A DNA stretch of 64,000 nt from Catajapyx aquilonaris (taxonomy: Eukaryota), in contig KZ538868.1 of assembly GCA_000934665.2 (NCBI GenBank), forward strand, positions 1 through 64,000, given 5' to 3'. Made by a program: the position numbers and the translations under genes. The notes under the pieces are model-generated. The model saw only the letters and a program-made list of their open reading frames with translations. It was not told the DNA's origin and did no database searches. Positions 1 through 13,032 of this stretch are shown here, piece after piece (the stretch's first letter is position 1; each line of letters opens with the position of its first letter).

Positions 1-316
1 AAACCCCTGGGGCATATGTCGGGGCCTCCGTACGGATTTGCATAGCGAATAACAGGAGAGACAGACATACGTCTAGAAATATGTATTAGAAGAAGAAGAA
101 GAAGATAGAGATAAAAACTACAGTGAATAAGACTTTACTGGCCTCAGAAAAAAATGAAATGTAAAAAGTGTGCCATCTAGCCCTGTCCCTCCTACTACGG
201 GATCAGAAAGCCTTGTTTTTGTAGGAGGTAGAATTGGTATGAATTCATTGTCCGCTGTAAAGGTGCAATTTACTATGGATAATAATTGCCAGTTGTTATA
301 ATTTAGTTATGATATA

Positions 317-1211
317 CGGGTGGTTCAGACCTTACGAGTTGATTTACAAATTTGTACTATGCGTTATGTGAACTATTCTTGCTGTAGGTGGTACGGCCAT
401 TCGTGTAGTAGGTATGGAGTGTTTCAGATCCACCATGTGACACTATATAGGTAGTCAAGAGACAGCTATTTGAAGATGGCGGCCCCACTGGAGGTGCGCA
501 CCAGAGAAGAGCAGCGGTTTCCTTGCCAGTGAAGGTGTGCAACCCACAGACATTCACCGTCGGATGAAGGCACAGTATGGTAGTGCCTGCATATCAGTAC
601 AGCAGGTGTATGAATGGGCGTGGAAGTTCCCAGGAGGCTTGACAAGTCTGCTGGACACCCGACGATCTGGTCGCCCGCACACTGATGTCACAGACGAGAC
701 TGTAGCGGCCGCAGATGTGCTTATTTGTCAAGACCAACGCATCAGTGTGAATGGTGGGAGTGTTGGGTCAATTGAGGTCATCATACACGAGCACCTGAGA
801 TAAGCAAAAGTGTCGGCCAGATGGGTTCCCAGGCAATTGACACATGAATTGAAGGAACTGCGTGTCGATGCTTGTGCAACGCTTCTCAGACTTTACGAGG
901 AGGAAGAAGATGACTTTTTGCGTTGCGTAGAGACTGGCGATGAATGCTGGGTGCATCACTTCCAGCCAGAACTAAACATTCCAGCAAAGAATGGCGACTC
1001 TCGTCTTCCCCAAAATCCAACTCTGGTGCACGCCTCCAGTGGGGCCGCCATCTTCAAATAGCTGTCACTTGACTACCTAGTGTCACATGGTGGATCTGAA
1101 ACACTCCATACCTACTACACGAATGGCCGTACCACATACAGCAAGAATAGTTCACATAATGTATAGTACAAATTTGTAAATCAACTCGTAAGGTTATTTA
1201 CTGAACCACCG
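317..1211 (+). mobile_element. Non-autonomous mariner derivative with ~190-bp inverted arms (317-506 / 1021-1211)
   Basis: Flanked by TA at 315-316 and 1212-1213. Ends are cgggtggttcag...ctgaaccaccg and the arms are near-perfect reverse complements. Interior encodes the N-terminal half of a mariner transposase. Confidence 0.9.
476..1020 (+). pseudogene. Mariner transposase remnant (N-terminal half, disrupted and truncated)
   Basis: ATG at 476 (MAAPLEVRTREEQR), then a frameshift. IHRRMKAQYG, RRSGRP, WVPRQL (WVPHEL motif) and VETGDECWVHHFQPE (first catalytic Asp motif) are present. In-frame stop near 803; the remainder of the catalytic domain is missing. Confidence 0.9.
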
Positions 1212-3115
1212 TATCGCTACGTTCTGTTCTCAGAGTCGCTAAAGTAAATTCCAATAACTTACCGGGCATCGTAGGCCTTCCGTTGATGCATTTTAATAAG
1301 TCAATGCTTTTCTGTTAAGGGCAATGATTTGCTAATGTAGGCCAGTTCTTTTCAGGATAGTACTGAAAATAATACTAAGGCTTTTTGTCGTCATCATCGT
1401 ACATGAAACAAGGCAGTGTGGCATACCGTTTTCTGAAAATAGGTAATGGAATACATTTACGGAACATCGCTGCAGAGAAATGTCCATTGGCAAATGGATG
1501 TAGGATCATTTTGGCTGCATTTTCTCACCAATTTTTCTCTCGTGAAAAGAATAAGTTGTGCAGTGTCCGTTCCGACATTGCCTACTCGAGTTGCATTTTA
1601 CTTGCAATATGCTGTCATGTTTTGTTGTTGTTGTTTCTAACAAGTGCGGATCAAGGTGCGGATACTTCAGCAGTGATAGGGACTCTATAAAAAGTATTAA
1701 TGACCATCCAATCACAAAAATGTATTAATTCCGGTTGAACTATTTATCATACAAATGTTTATTGCTATCAGTAATTCAACTTTCAAAGCACTGTTTTCTC
1801 ATTGTTAATATTAATCTAGGATCACCTACAAAAGTACACAATTAGGAAACATGACTTAACTCCTTATAAGTCCATCTGTAACTTTGACAATCCAGTCAAG
1901 TTCGATTTACACTTTTAGATGAAAATCCTTAACAAAATCTGAACACTTACTGTACATTATTATTGTACTTTCATAAGATGAAAGCAGTGAGTGTCCTTGG
2001 AGTGTCCTCTTACGTGCTGGTGTAATATTGCATAGTATTGGGGTAATGTACCGGTATGGTATGAGTTTTGTTTCACATTATTACTGGGGCAACAACAGTA
2101 GGAAACTCAATGCACAACATTTTCATCACCTTGCTATCAATATTTTCTTTGATAGTAAGAAAATAGAGGAATGGAAGGCGCTACTTTTTTTTAACAAATA
2201 GTTCTTGACAGCCCCAGAAGTATTCAGATGCTTTGGAAGACGTGATTACGAAGCTACCTGGTATGGGTAGAATGCTATAATATTCCTTCCAGATATTTAT
2301 TCGTGCAAAAACACAGCAAAATATAGGAAGAAGAAAGGGTAAAAATGAAAATAAAGTTAAACATGCATGTGCTATTGAAGGTTCAACTGGTTATTATTGG
2401 CAACAACTTAGTACAGCACCATGTAGAGTTCCAATGCTTATGTACAAGCTTGACATTTACCCTCTTTCATCCCGATGCAATGGTATGATTATAATATTTC
2501 AAGTATCAAATATTACACGTGTCAATCATCACAACCTTTGCTATAGCCTTTTCCAGTGCAAAAATACCGGTACAGCTGTGGTTTCCTTCCTACTCCATAG
2601 CCTGCATACTCTCTGTACAATACAATCATTTCGTCCCAAGAATGATCGGTACACTCTAAGTACTAATCAGCTCGTTATCATACAGACTTGCTCGTTTCCT
2701 TTAGCCCATTTGTCAGTAACCTTTAATAGTATGAACTCGTTTACAAACTATAATTCATTTCATGAGTTGACTGGGCCATTTCAGGCAATCGTCAGTTTCT
2801 TTAAGGACAATTATTGAGGCTAACAACTTGTGGCAATTGTAAATGACGCAACACTACATGTTACACTTGCCCTTTGCAGAGATGTTTGGCACCGTCCTAT
2901 TACCTCGTGCACTAGTGGGTCTATATAGAAGAATACGTTCGGCATAATGTGCTAATAATACTTTCTGGCAAGGAGAAGGGCGAAAAGTTAGATCATTGCA
3001 ATTATAATCTGAGTGCAAGTGGACTCGATTGTCCTCGATGGGGGCTTCTTCCTGCTACAGCTTCGGAATAACATGAAATCATTGGAGGCAGCAATCTCTG
3101 GCTGATTCTGGCAGG

Positions 3116-3261
3116 TCAGCCAGTGAGCAGCGACTGTCTTCGGACACCATCTTCCTCCACTCTGGTTGACCCTGGAGAAATTCCTCCGTCCAATCGAGGT
3201 GGTGCTGCTGATTGAAGGAGAAGCACTCCCTGCTCGGTGCTCAAAGTGCTCGATTCCATTC
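3116..3261 (-). CDS. InaF-motif protein, predicted coding exon 2
   Basis: Acceptor ctttccttgag at 3262. Phase matches the donor at 3321 and reads (G)MESSTLSTEQ...RRQSLLTG*. No homology support for this tail. Confidence 0.55.
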
Positions 3262-3321
3262 CTCAAGGAAAGACAACAGTACAGTATACATGCCACATCA
3301 AGTTCAGAAAATGTAAATTAC

Positions 3322-3703
3322 CTTTGTCAATGTGCATAATAGATGGCTGCTGAGTAGTGGCGAAGATGGTGGACGAGGGAACAGGAGGAGCAGGTGTGGT
3401 GGTGGTGCTTGTGGTGGTGGTCGTCGTGGTCGTCGTGGTGGTTCCCGGAGTCCCGTTGCACAATGGCGTCTGTGGTTTCTGGTATGGCAGCATGGTGGGG
3501 GTGGAGGTGATCTTGGGGTCCCAAAGGAAGACATAGTAGATGGAGAGGAGGATGGCCGCTAGGGACACGCTGAAGACATAGGCCAGGACAGTCAGGATCC
3601 GAGAAATCTTCTTGTTCTGCTTGGGCTCGTACAGACGGTCCTTGGCGTCGTCTCCAGCCAAGCGGATGTCGTTGTGCTCCGCGGATCCACCTCCACCACT
3701 CAT
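3322..3703 (-). CDS. inaF-D: InaF-motif small membrane protein (inaF-D-like, putative TRP channel regulator), coding exon 1
   Basis: KDRLYEPKQNKKISRILTVLAYVFSVSLAAILLSIYYVFLWDP matches the InaF motif as I recall it; followed by a Thr/Pro-rich tract. Acceptor tcatcttag at 3710 lies just upstream of the ATG; donor AAAG|gtaatt at 3322/3321. Confidence 0.8.
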
Positions 3704-6700
3704 CCTGGCCTAAGATGAAAAATGTCATCAGCAGCTCATGGACACCATTCCTTCGGCGTTCCTATATCGTGGAGAGGAGGTGACCGGCGACCCTCACCCA
3801 AACGATCATCGTGTATCGACTGGCCCACTTTCGGATGCTGCAGTTTCTGCTCTGCTTCCTCTCCCGGTGCTCTTTGCTGCAGAACAATGCTGTTTTTTCG
3901 GAGGGAACCAACGACCCGCTCCCCTATAGCCTTTCAGATAGACGGAGCTGCACAATATTTGGCTCTAGGCCCACGCGGAACTCTATCGCTGCGGCGCGGA
4001 TCAATGGCGGATATCTTTCTTATGTCATGCTCATATTCGTGCCGAAACAGAAGGAGCACGGAAACAATTCCGGATTTCCTTGGGACATTTGTTAGGGAGC
4101 ATTTATTTCATTTCGACTCAGGGAGGAAGGCTGTTTTGAGCAGCTGCCTGCACCATTTGTTACACGCATGATACGCACGTGGAACATTCCAGTTAAATTA
4201 CAACTCTCGAGCACAAAGAGAGCGGTGTAACCATACACTTCGGTGGAATTTACTACAGGCCTGCTATAGCCAACATTATAGAGTCCCGTAGTAGAATTAC
4301 TATATAGTCAGTGTAGTGTATCCAGTGTATATCCGCACCTTGTATGGCCCACTCGATCGCTAAAAAGGTATCTCTCACGTTCTTATCTTCCTAAAATATG
4401 TGGGGCTTGCAAATGGACAGTTCAGTATTAATATATTACCAGTTGACCTGTCACCCACTAAGTAGTGACAAAAAAGTGAAGCTCAAAATCATTTGGATGA
4501 AGCTACTTGAAGTTACGCAATTGCTTGCTGCATAGCGAAGCAAAGGCGTGGTCTTCATTAAGACCAGCAGCAGTTGGCAAAACATGTCTGCAAATAATAA
4601 TCTATAGGTAATTTCGGCAATAATGTTGCTATTAATTTGATGAGCAAATCTTTCTTCCAAAACTCCTCATAGTCCAAGGATCTTTTTTATTAGTTGATCT
4701 CGTTTTTACAAGTTTTTAGTCTTGCAGTACCTGTAATCTATTGGAAATCGACATAATTAAAATATCATTTATTTGTTCACATAGGTTGCACTGCTACAAT
4801 CAATATTTCCTCTGGTAAACAAAATTGTGGCACCTATTACATTATTATCATTAGTCAACAGTTTCAGCTTACTCTAATATCTTTGTGCCACTGCAGAATC
4901 CTGTCCGTACAACCAGGAAGATGAGTGACTTTGACCTTCAAGCACTCATTGATTTTCCCACCATGTGTGACTGACACAAAATTCCAATAAACATCCTGTT
5001 TTCAACATGTAAATCTAAGCCCAGATCCCAACCTCCACCCCTCTCCCAGGGTCCTCGACCTGTCCAACCCAGACAAGATGCACTGACCAATCAGTCACTG
5101 AAGAGTAAATAAACAGTGTACCCCCTTCTCCGCTGCAAGTGTACCTTGAAATAGGAAGTAAGGTCTCGGTGATGCTCTATAAGCTTCCTCTTCTCTCTCT
5201 CTCTCTCTCTCGGGGAGCCCTGTCGATGTTTATCTCCTGGGCAGAAGATAGAGTGGCGGATTGCCCCCTATTTGTGGACCAGAATGGAGCCGTCCAGATG
5301 ACGACTCTATGGGAAACCAAGGGCGGGATGAGAGGAACTATTGGAGGGGAGGGAGGGATGGGATGGGATGGGGGAGGGATGTTTGGATTTTGCGAACGTG
5401 GAGAGTACAGACGCCTGCGTCGGGGGTGTCGAGATGGTGGGGGTGAAAATGTGGTTCGATCCGAAGGAGCTTGGAAATAAGGGCAGCATCACTCAGGGAT
5501 GGACCAGTTTATGACGAATTTCAAGGATTTAAATCGAGGAATGCTATTTTTGAAAGATCTTGTTCACATCAGTGAACGAGTAGTGTATGATAAGTTCCTG
5601 TGATTTCGATGGGTCTATATACTGAAATTTCATGCAAGTGGTACATTGACTTTTCTTTTTCAATTACACGACCATTATTTTCTGATGGTCAGTTTGGGTG
5701 CAATGTTTTTATTCACTACTCACATGTACACCCATGTGCACACACAGAAAAGAAAAACACTTATGGATACAACACAATACATACATGCCTACTTTTTCAT
5801 ACCGTACCTAAGCCATTTTCATGAAACTCAGTTTGTGCCTTTGATATCAATTCAGCTATGTCTGTTGAAACCATGTACAGTATTGGACAGCAAGTTCAAT
5901 ATTAAACTAGTGCATGACCATCATTTGTTGGCTATAATGCAAAAACCAAACAATTTAAGAAGCCTTTTAAAATTTCTTTCAGACTCTGGACTCTGGCCTG
6001 AGCTAGAGGATCAAGACGTCAAGCCGTGGAAGTTGATGATTGATGATTAGAGGATCAAGAGGTACGTACCATGATGGATAGAAACATTCCAACTTATGCT
6101 GATATTGACTTCTTACGGATAAGTGATATCTGCGGCATTAACATGCCACGGACACTTTTTAAATGTCTGGTAGAGAAGTGAGAATGCATAATTATTCGGC
6201 TGAAGCTTATTCTGCATATCGTTAACTCCAGATTTCATTCAGAACAAGCATTGCAAACTGCATAATTTGTGTGTTACTGGTCAAAATTTAATTGCATTTG
6301 TTCCCTGAAGTGCTAATGCTAACATTTCAACATTTTATGCAGGCTGAATAATATTTATCTAAGTCCTCAAAATACAAAAACCCCTGAAAAGTAATAGGTT
6401 TCTGACCCAATCACTGAGGGAATCCCTCCGGAAAGCTGCTCCTGCAAAGCTTGGGTACCTGAAGGGATTCCCCAGAAAATCCAGCATGACCTACAGTGAC
6501 AAGCTCACTTCCTCGAGTTTTGGTTGCTGATAATAATGCAAGATTTGTAGTTATTGAAATAGGTGAAGACAAGTAGTACCTTGACAATGGACATATAAAG
6601 TCCATGAGTTTCCTGAAAAGTTCATTACTTTTCACTTTACATTACTGCTATGTTTCTGGACCCTATTAATGGCGTAAAACCGGTTCTTACTGTAACTACC

Positions 6701-7553
6701 CTTAAGTGTTCAGGCCTCAATATTGTGCATAACAACACAATATTCTCTAAGGTTTGATTTGACAAAGCAAGCTGTCTGGTGTAGGGCAGGGTGGCAAGGA
6801 AAGACTGGTTTTTAGATGGTGTGAGGTACTGGGAGGACACTGATACGTGAATATGGAATGAATTGCTCACAATTGGTTTCACATGAGAAAATCCTGTCTG
6901 ACCAAGACAAGGGTACCAAACACAGAATCCTGGAGGTAGGCTGTGAGAATTCCACTACGCTACCCAGAATGCTCAAAGGAAGTGTTTTTCACATTTTAGG
7001 AGGTCCAAAATATCATGTAGTTTACCTTTGCCACTTACCCCCATGAACAAATTGCAATTCACCACTAAAATATCAATGAAAAGTTAGAATCTTTGATCAG
7101 GTTGTGCTCCTCCAGTAATTTGTGGACTGCATTTTGAGAATGTTGCCTTCAAACAACCAAAAACAAAATTGTGATTCAGATTTAATGATAGGGCAGACCC
7201 ACTTCTAAACTACTGTATATTTAACATTTTCTGCTAACTGTTAACAGAAAGGTTCTCATTGAGAAAAATCATATTTATGGATTATTTGCATGAATTTTAT
7301 GCAAAAATTCTAGGTTTTTGTGATTCTCAAATGAAAGCAAGTGATACAACATTTAGAATAAATATCTTGATTCCCTTAACTGATCTCCAGGCAGAAACAT
7401 TCCTCAACTGAAAAGCATGTCACACTACATATAAATAATCAACTAAAACATGCAAATCCACTTCTGATAATACACTACTGTTCAGAGTGCTTTCTATGTA
7501 TAACATATGGTAATCGTCAGAAATAATTAGATTCTACAAATATTGAAAAATAA

Positions 7554-7559
7554 TTTATT
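7554..7559 (-). terminator. Candidate polyadenylation signal of SNX16
   Basis: AATAAA on the minus strand about 200 nt after the stop codon. Confidence 0.45.
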
Positions 7560-7756
7560 GATGATATGAACATGACTTTGCTACAATGAAACACAATACA
7601 ATATTAAGCTTCAAAAATAAAACTTCACTGGCTTTACACACTTCTTCCCAAGTACATACCTTAACATATGTACATAAATTTATAAACACTCTTGAACCAT
7701 GTTCCCAAAATCTCAATCACAGGGAAAAGCTGGGATATTTAAGGCTAGTTGCAACA

Positions 7757-7808
7757 TTATGAATCAGTGACATGACCATTAGTAGTTATGCGGCTGCAGT
7801 TGGAACAC
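7757..7808 (-). CDS. SNX16: Sorting nexin 16, last coding exon
   Basis: Acceptor actcttttcag after a 54-bp intron; in frame (R)CSNCSRITTNGHVTDS*. Confidence 0.7.
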
Positions 7809-7862
7809 CTGAAAAGAGTCACCATTCAGTATCTCAATGAAGCTGAAATCTGTTGGACTCAC

Positions 7863-8203
7863 CTGTCCTGTTGTCTCCTGAGCAGATTAACTGCCTGAGT
7901 GAGTTCTTTTATTTTTTCATCCCTCTCACGAACCTGCCTTTGGAGCTGCAAAACAGAGTCCTCCACGATTTCCAGAAGGACCCGACTTTCCTCCAGGTTG
8001 TCTGCTGCACACAGGGGGGGTTCCTCCAGGCAAAAGAATTCCTTCACTAGGTTAGACTGCCGCAGTTGGGGCTTCTGTATTATAGCATCCACCAGTCGCT
8101 GCAGTGCCTGTAGGCGATCCTCCAAGAAGGAAGTTTCAAAGTTGTCTCGCAGCCAGCGTTTGGGTGGAAGGGGCAACTTTGTAGATGAAAACTCCTCTCG
8201 CAA
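7863..8203 (-). CDS. SNX16: Sorting nexin 16, exon with PX C-terminal half and coiled coil
   Basis: LPLPPKRWLRDNFETSFLEDRLQALQ...VKEFFCLEEPP...LEESR, then a coiled coil. Acceptor at 8204; donor AG|gtgagt. Confidence 0.92.
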
Positions 8204-9649
8204 CTATCGTGAGAAAAATCAGACAATTTTCTACAACTGTCTCTATACTTCTTCCTAGTACAATTAACTGTACTTCTCCATACAGCTACATTGGTCCAGT
8301 TCGAAACTAGTATTAATTTAGGATGCAGCATATGAAGAACTAAAATGCAGAACACTCAAAAGTCATATTTTGGTCAAAATTGAGTTCGGCACAATTTCAC
8401 AGTCCTTTTCTGATAGAGATATTGCAACATCATAGGAAATTTCATGAAAAAAAATTCATACCATAAGGTTCAATCCAATCTTTAAACTTCAAACTCCTCA
8501 CACCTTCAAATCAGTCAAATGTGCCTCTTGATTGTTTTGTAATTCAGGTTTACATATACTACATTGCGCATCAGGAACTAAATTTTATGTACTTATGACA
8601 TCCATATTTTTTAAAAATTTACTTGGGTCATGAGTAAAATATTGCATCGCATGTCTTGTAAGTGACTAACATGTTCTACCAAATGTATCTGAACTATGAC
8701 CACCCACGTTCTTGGTTGTGTGACTTGCCTGATTTCAAGTGCAATCGTTTTCTAAATGCAACAGTGTGTGTAGTTGTGGAACAACTCAAATAATGATGTG
8801 GAGCTCATTCATTACTTCCACTAAGATGGTTCAGTATGCCACAACCAAAAGAATCAGCTACTGTGTCATCACAAATCAAGTGACTTGGAACAATCTGTGG
8901 CCTGAAGGACCTCTTAGCTGAAGGAAAACTAAAGCACATTTCCAATGATATGTACAGATAACCCACTCAAATATGTGAATCTTCATGTAGATGTTTCTGA
9001 CAGAGAAGGGTGACCATTTCCAGCACATAATATTACTTCACCTTGTTAAGCCCATCAAAGGTTACATTTAGTTAAACTGTTCCTGATCTACCAAAAACTG
9101 AATATTGCATCTTAAAATTATTACCCTGGGAAGATCACATCCCGCATACGTAGGGTGGTTTGCATGATTAATGATTAATCCAGAACACATGATACTACGA
9201 CAGAAGGAGTGGAAATGGGCAGAGAGAGAGACAGAGAGAGGTATATACGAGGGCGAGTCAATAAAGAATTAGACATTTTTTTTTCTATGCATTGCGCTGT
9301 AGACATAAGGTGGTGAAACAATTTTTCTTGGTAAGGACAGGTCTTGCGGGATTAGTGAACAAAATTGTGAGCATGTGTGCGAGGTCGGTGTGACAACATG
9401 GAGAGATATGGTAGGGAGAAGGGAGGAGGGCAAGAATTATTTGAAACTTAAAATGATTATGGCAACTGAGAGCCTTGGGTGGGGGAACAACAACTTGATA
9501 TCCACATGAAAATGGAAAACATTGGGTTTCCAAGGTCGTCAGTCACAAAATCAACATCAAAATGTGTCATTTTCAACATGGCAAATATTTTTGGGAAGTT
9601 TGCAACCAAAGTGACCCAAGTGAGACTGTGCTTTTGACAAACTCCTCAC

Positions 9650-9739
9650 CTTGGCATGTAGTCGTACAAAATCAGTATACCGCCGAAGCACCATCCACGA
9701 CTCGGAAGTGACTGGATTCTCAACCCTCAGTTTATAAAC
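9650..9739 (-). CDS. SNX16: Sorting nexin 16, PX-domain exon
   Basis: VYKLRVENPVTSESWMVLRRYTDFVRLHAK (RRYxxF motif); flanked by ttgccag and AAG|gtgagg. Confidence 0.92.
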
Positions 9740-9809
9740 CTGGCAACAAATGAAAAAAAAAGCACCATTAACACACCCCTGAACCAGTCAACCCTACTGG
9801 CCACCTTAC

Positions 9810-10148
9810 CGTGAACCTGGCCCGCTCCTCCATGATCTCGTATCCAATGATAGGGATGGTGGTAGGGGCATTCTGGCTGTCCACGCTGTTGATGAGAGCA
9901 CTGGAGTCTGGCAGGGGGCTGAAGGCCATGGGACTGAGGCTGAGCTGGGAGGTCTCTAAAGATGAGCTTCTGACTGGGGTGCTGCAGGTGAGCTGCCCAG
10001 CACCGTCACCAAGTCCGCTGGTGGACATCCTCCTCACAGGGGAGTCGTCGAGATTCACAGTGGTCATTGCGCTCACAATGGCAGCCCCCGGCTGTGGGCA
10101 GGGGTGGTAGGCAATCAGTGGAGGCTGGGTGGACATGGTGCTGCACAT
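9810..10148 (-). CDS. SNX16: Sorting nexin 16, N-terminal coding exon (start uncertain: ATG at 10148 or 10136)
   Basis: Ser/Pro-rich region ending in IPIIGYEIMEERARFT, characteristic of SNX16. Donor ACG|gtaagg. Gives 273 aa from 10148. Confidence 0.85.
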
Positions 10149-10619
10149 GCAAGGGCAGTGCCTTGAGCACAATCATGGATGTCACATGGGGGTGGCAGAC
10201 AGAGAGAGAGAGAGAGATAGCACTGAACTTGGTCCTCTGGGGTGCAGGGTGCATTGATACAAACAAGAGTGAGTAATCAGCATGCAGGGGAGATAATAAA
10301 AATAAGCTCCGGATGTGTCATACAAACAGGTCCATCTGGTTGACGGACAGGGCCACCCCCTGATGGGCAGGCAGCCAGCCACGAGAGGAGGAGGAGGACT
10401 AGGGGACACCTCGTCAGATGTCGGTCATCCTCATCTCTCGTCAACAAGTATACCATCGACGAACGGATGAATGGGTGATGCGAATGGGTGATGCGAATGG
10501 GGAGGTGCTGCCCTCTGCCACATTAATTGCCAACTCATGCACATGGAAGCGGGAGAAATCAAACTGCGACCTATACCACCATCCAGACGATCCAGACTTA
10601 TGGTTCACATACCAGTTAT

Positions 10620-11115
10620 CTGAATAAGAATGAGTCAGCCTCATGTTACTGCAACATACTTTATGCAGGCTCTGGCTTCTTTTTTTAACGGGTGATATCA
10701 ATACTGTACTACATTAGCCTATACATATGCAAATATCATACAGATTTGCTCATTTTAATGCCCTGGCAGCAGGATATATTTCGCATAAGCTCATTATTGT
10801 ACTGTGTGAGCTAAAAATATTAATTGCCTCTAAAAGTAAGTAGCAGTTTCAAAATAAGCAACTCGATGATAATAAATCTGTAACCACTGCGGACGCTTCA
10901 ATCGGAACACACTGTAGCAGGTATCCTGCTGTGTATCGAAGGAGAAAAAAAGGCGTGCGCATTAGTCCCCTATCAACGGGTTTCTAAGTAAACACGAAGT
11001 GGTCCAATCGATCCGTGGTATAATTAGCAGCTGCACATGAAATGTGTCTCGGGCAGCAGAGTGGCCGTTCTCTGCTCAATACCTGGTTATTGGACACCAA
11101 GAATCTGGTTCAACC
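10620..11115. promoter_or_regulatory. Probable shared (bidirectional) promoter region of SNX16 and the Sel1-repeat gene
   Basis: Divergent genes with start codons under 1 kb apart; DRE-like tatcga/atcgat motifs near 10934 and 11007. Confidence 0.5.
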
Positions 11116-11352
11116 ATGGAATCCTCCTCATCTTCCTCCCTATCGTCTTCGACATCTTCGCCTTGCTCTTCCGAAGCCACACCAATCCTCGGCGGTGTTC
11201 GAAAGAGACATCGCAAGATCACCACTAAGTGTAGCCTGGAGGCCCGACCCAGATACGTCCCTGAGGATTGGGACGACGATTTGCCATACGGAGGAAAGGT
11301 CCTTGTCGCCAGGGGAAAGAAGCCCGACCCATGCTGGGTGCTCCTCCTTCAG
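11116..11352 (+). CDS. Transmembrane Sel1-like repeat protein, exon 1
   Basis: caaccATGG context; MESSSSSS...RYVPEDWDDDLPYGGKVLVARGKKPDP; donor CAG|gtatgt. Confidence 0.8.
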
Positions 11353-12313
11353 GTATGTCATCATCTCATTGTGTAATATTGCAATCAGCAGATAGCCTAC
11401 ACACCACTGCATTCGTACCACATGTGATGACATGTAACATTTGGAGAAGTTTCTGGGAAGTGTTTGTACGGTATATATGACGCCCAAAGAAAAATCCCTG
11501 CTAAATTCCCTGGTGTACATTATGTTGGGTGGCAATATCTAGCGTAATGCATGCACGCAGGACACGTGCGGATTATACAGTAAGACATTCGTGATATCGG
11601 CACCTTTAGGGCCGCCTTCTTATCGGGTTTTTCGTACACGCAGGATTAATGTTGCAAGGCGAGGGTGTACTGTGCAAGAATAACTGACCAGGCAGTAGAA
11701 GGCGTACTATAGTCAATATGGGATTGAAATGTGCTGATTTCCTGTATCAATCGCAACTCATATGTCAACAAACAGTAAGGCTGATGTAAGCAACTAGTGG
11801 AAATACACTATCATTGAAGCATTTCATGTAGGCTACAACCTCTTTACTTAGCCGCACTTGCAAGCCTCTCAATGAGAAAATAAACACATAACTTATAGGC
11901 TACATGCCAATGTAGTATACGTGTGTAATAAAATTCCTATAAATACGCAAATACGCAAGTAGTACGTACAGTATATATTTACCTTTTCATGATCTCAGCT
12001 ATATACCTGGCTATACCTACGTTCCTACCCTCATTTAACTTTCTAATCAGAGCATATTAAAATAATATTATTCACAATACATAAATAAATTATAGTATGC
12101 TGCCATGCGGTGGTTTCCACATCTCCCAATGCAATCTCACTGCGTCACACTGCGGTATTGCTCCAGTAACTTTTGCAACAAATTCACCTCCATAGCCTAC
12201 TGCAATATGTCATGTAGTAGGCCTCCTGTACAACTCGGTATGATTAATGGTTTCATCATCCAGGGTAATATATGTGCATATCTTGTAAGAATATGCTATT
12301 TTATATTCCGCAG

Positions 12314-12455
12314 GTGTCAGTGATAGTGTTTCTGGTCCTCATTCTCGTCCTGGCATTTCTCAATCCAGACCTGTTCCATTTCCACGCGCATCACATTTAC
12401 GCACATCTGGGAGATTCGCACGCTCAGCACAGCCTTGGCCAACGATATTTACAAG
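12314..12455 (+). CDS. Transmembrane Sel1-like repeat protein, exon 2
   Basis: Acceptor ttccgcag. Hydrophobic VSVIVFLVLILVLAFL, then AHLGDSHAQHSLGQRYLQ(G), the start of a Sel1 repeat. Donor G|gttag. Confidence 0.88.
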
Positions 12456-12724
12456 GTTAGAATTATTACGTCTATGGTCTATTACTCTCCTTAATGCATT
12501 GTAATGCTAACAAAATGTAACTAATAAAGAAGTAACTCTACTTCCGTGTTGCTACCGGTTTGAAACATATCACCGATTTTAAGCTGTGATACATCTACCC
12601 AAGTGTTTATTATTCACATCCGTTAGCATTACCCAGAGTGGTTATATGCTGATGACTGATGTGATGGTGGTGCAAGGGTTTATTTAAGTTATTGACATAA
12701 CTGATGCTCATTACGACAATTTAG

Positions 12725-12857
12725 GCAAAGGAGTTGACCAAGACCACTCCAAGGCCATGGAGTGGTTCCGAAAGGCTGCTGACCAGGGTCATCCTCATGC
12801 CGCCTACAACCTCGCTGCTGGTCATATGCAAGGATACACTGATGATCTCAAACCAGG
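12725..12857 (+). CDS. Transmembrane Sel1-like repeat protein, exon 3
   Basis: GKGVDQDHSKAMEWFRKAADQGHPHAAYNLAAGHMQG fits the Sel1/SLR consensus; splice phases are consistent. Confidence 0.9.
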
Positions 12858-13032
12858 GTTGGTACACTATAGCCAAATATCCAGCTTCAACATGTCAGGA
12901 GGTTGCAGCAAGATATAATAAATACTAGGCCTATAGAAGAGTCATTCAAGAAGGTGGTGTGATAATATTCCTTCTCTCTATTTTTTTTCTTCCTCCGCCT
13001 CCGGTCATCCTTGCTTGGTTGGTACCGTTTAG

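Noticed and set aside
1..112. Possible Helitron-like terminus (acagacatac...gaagaagatagagat)
   Set aside because: Truncated by the window edge, with too little sequence to support a call.
3304..3728. His-rich and Arg/Pro-rich overlapping ORFs
   Set aside because: Alternative frames of the ACC/ACG Thr repeat in the InaF-motif gene.
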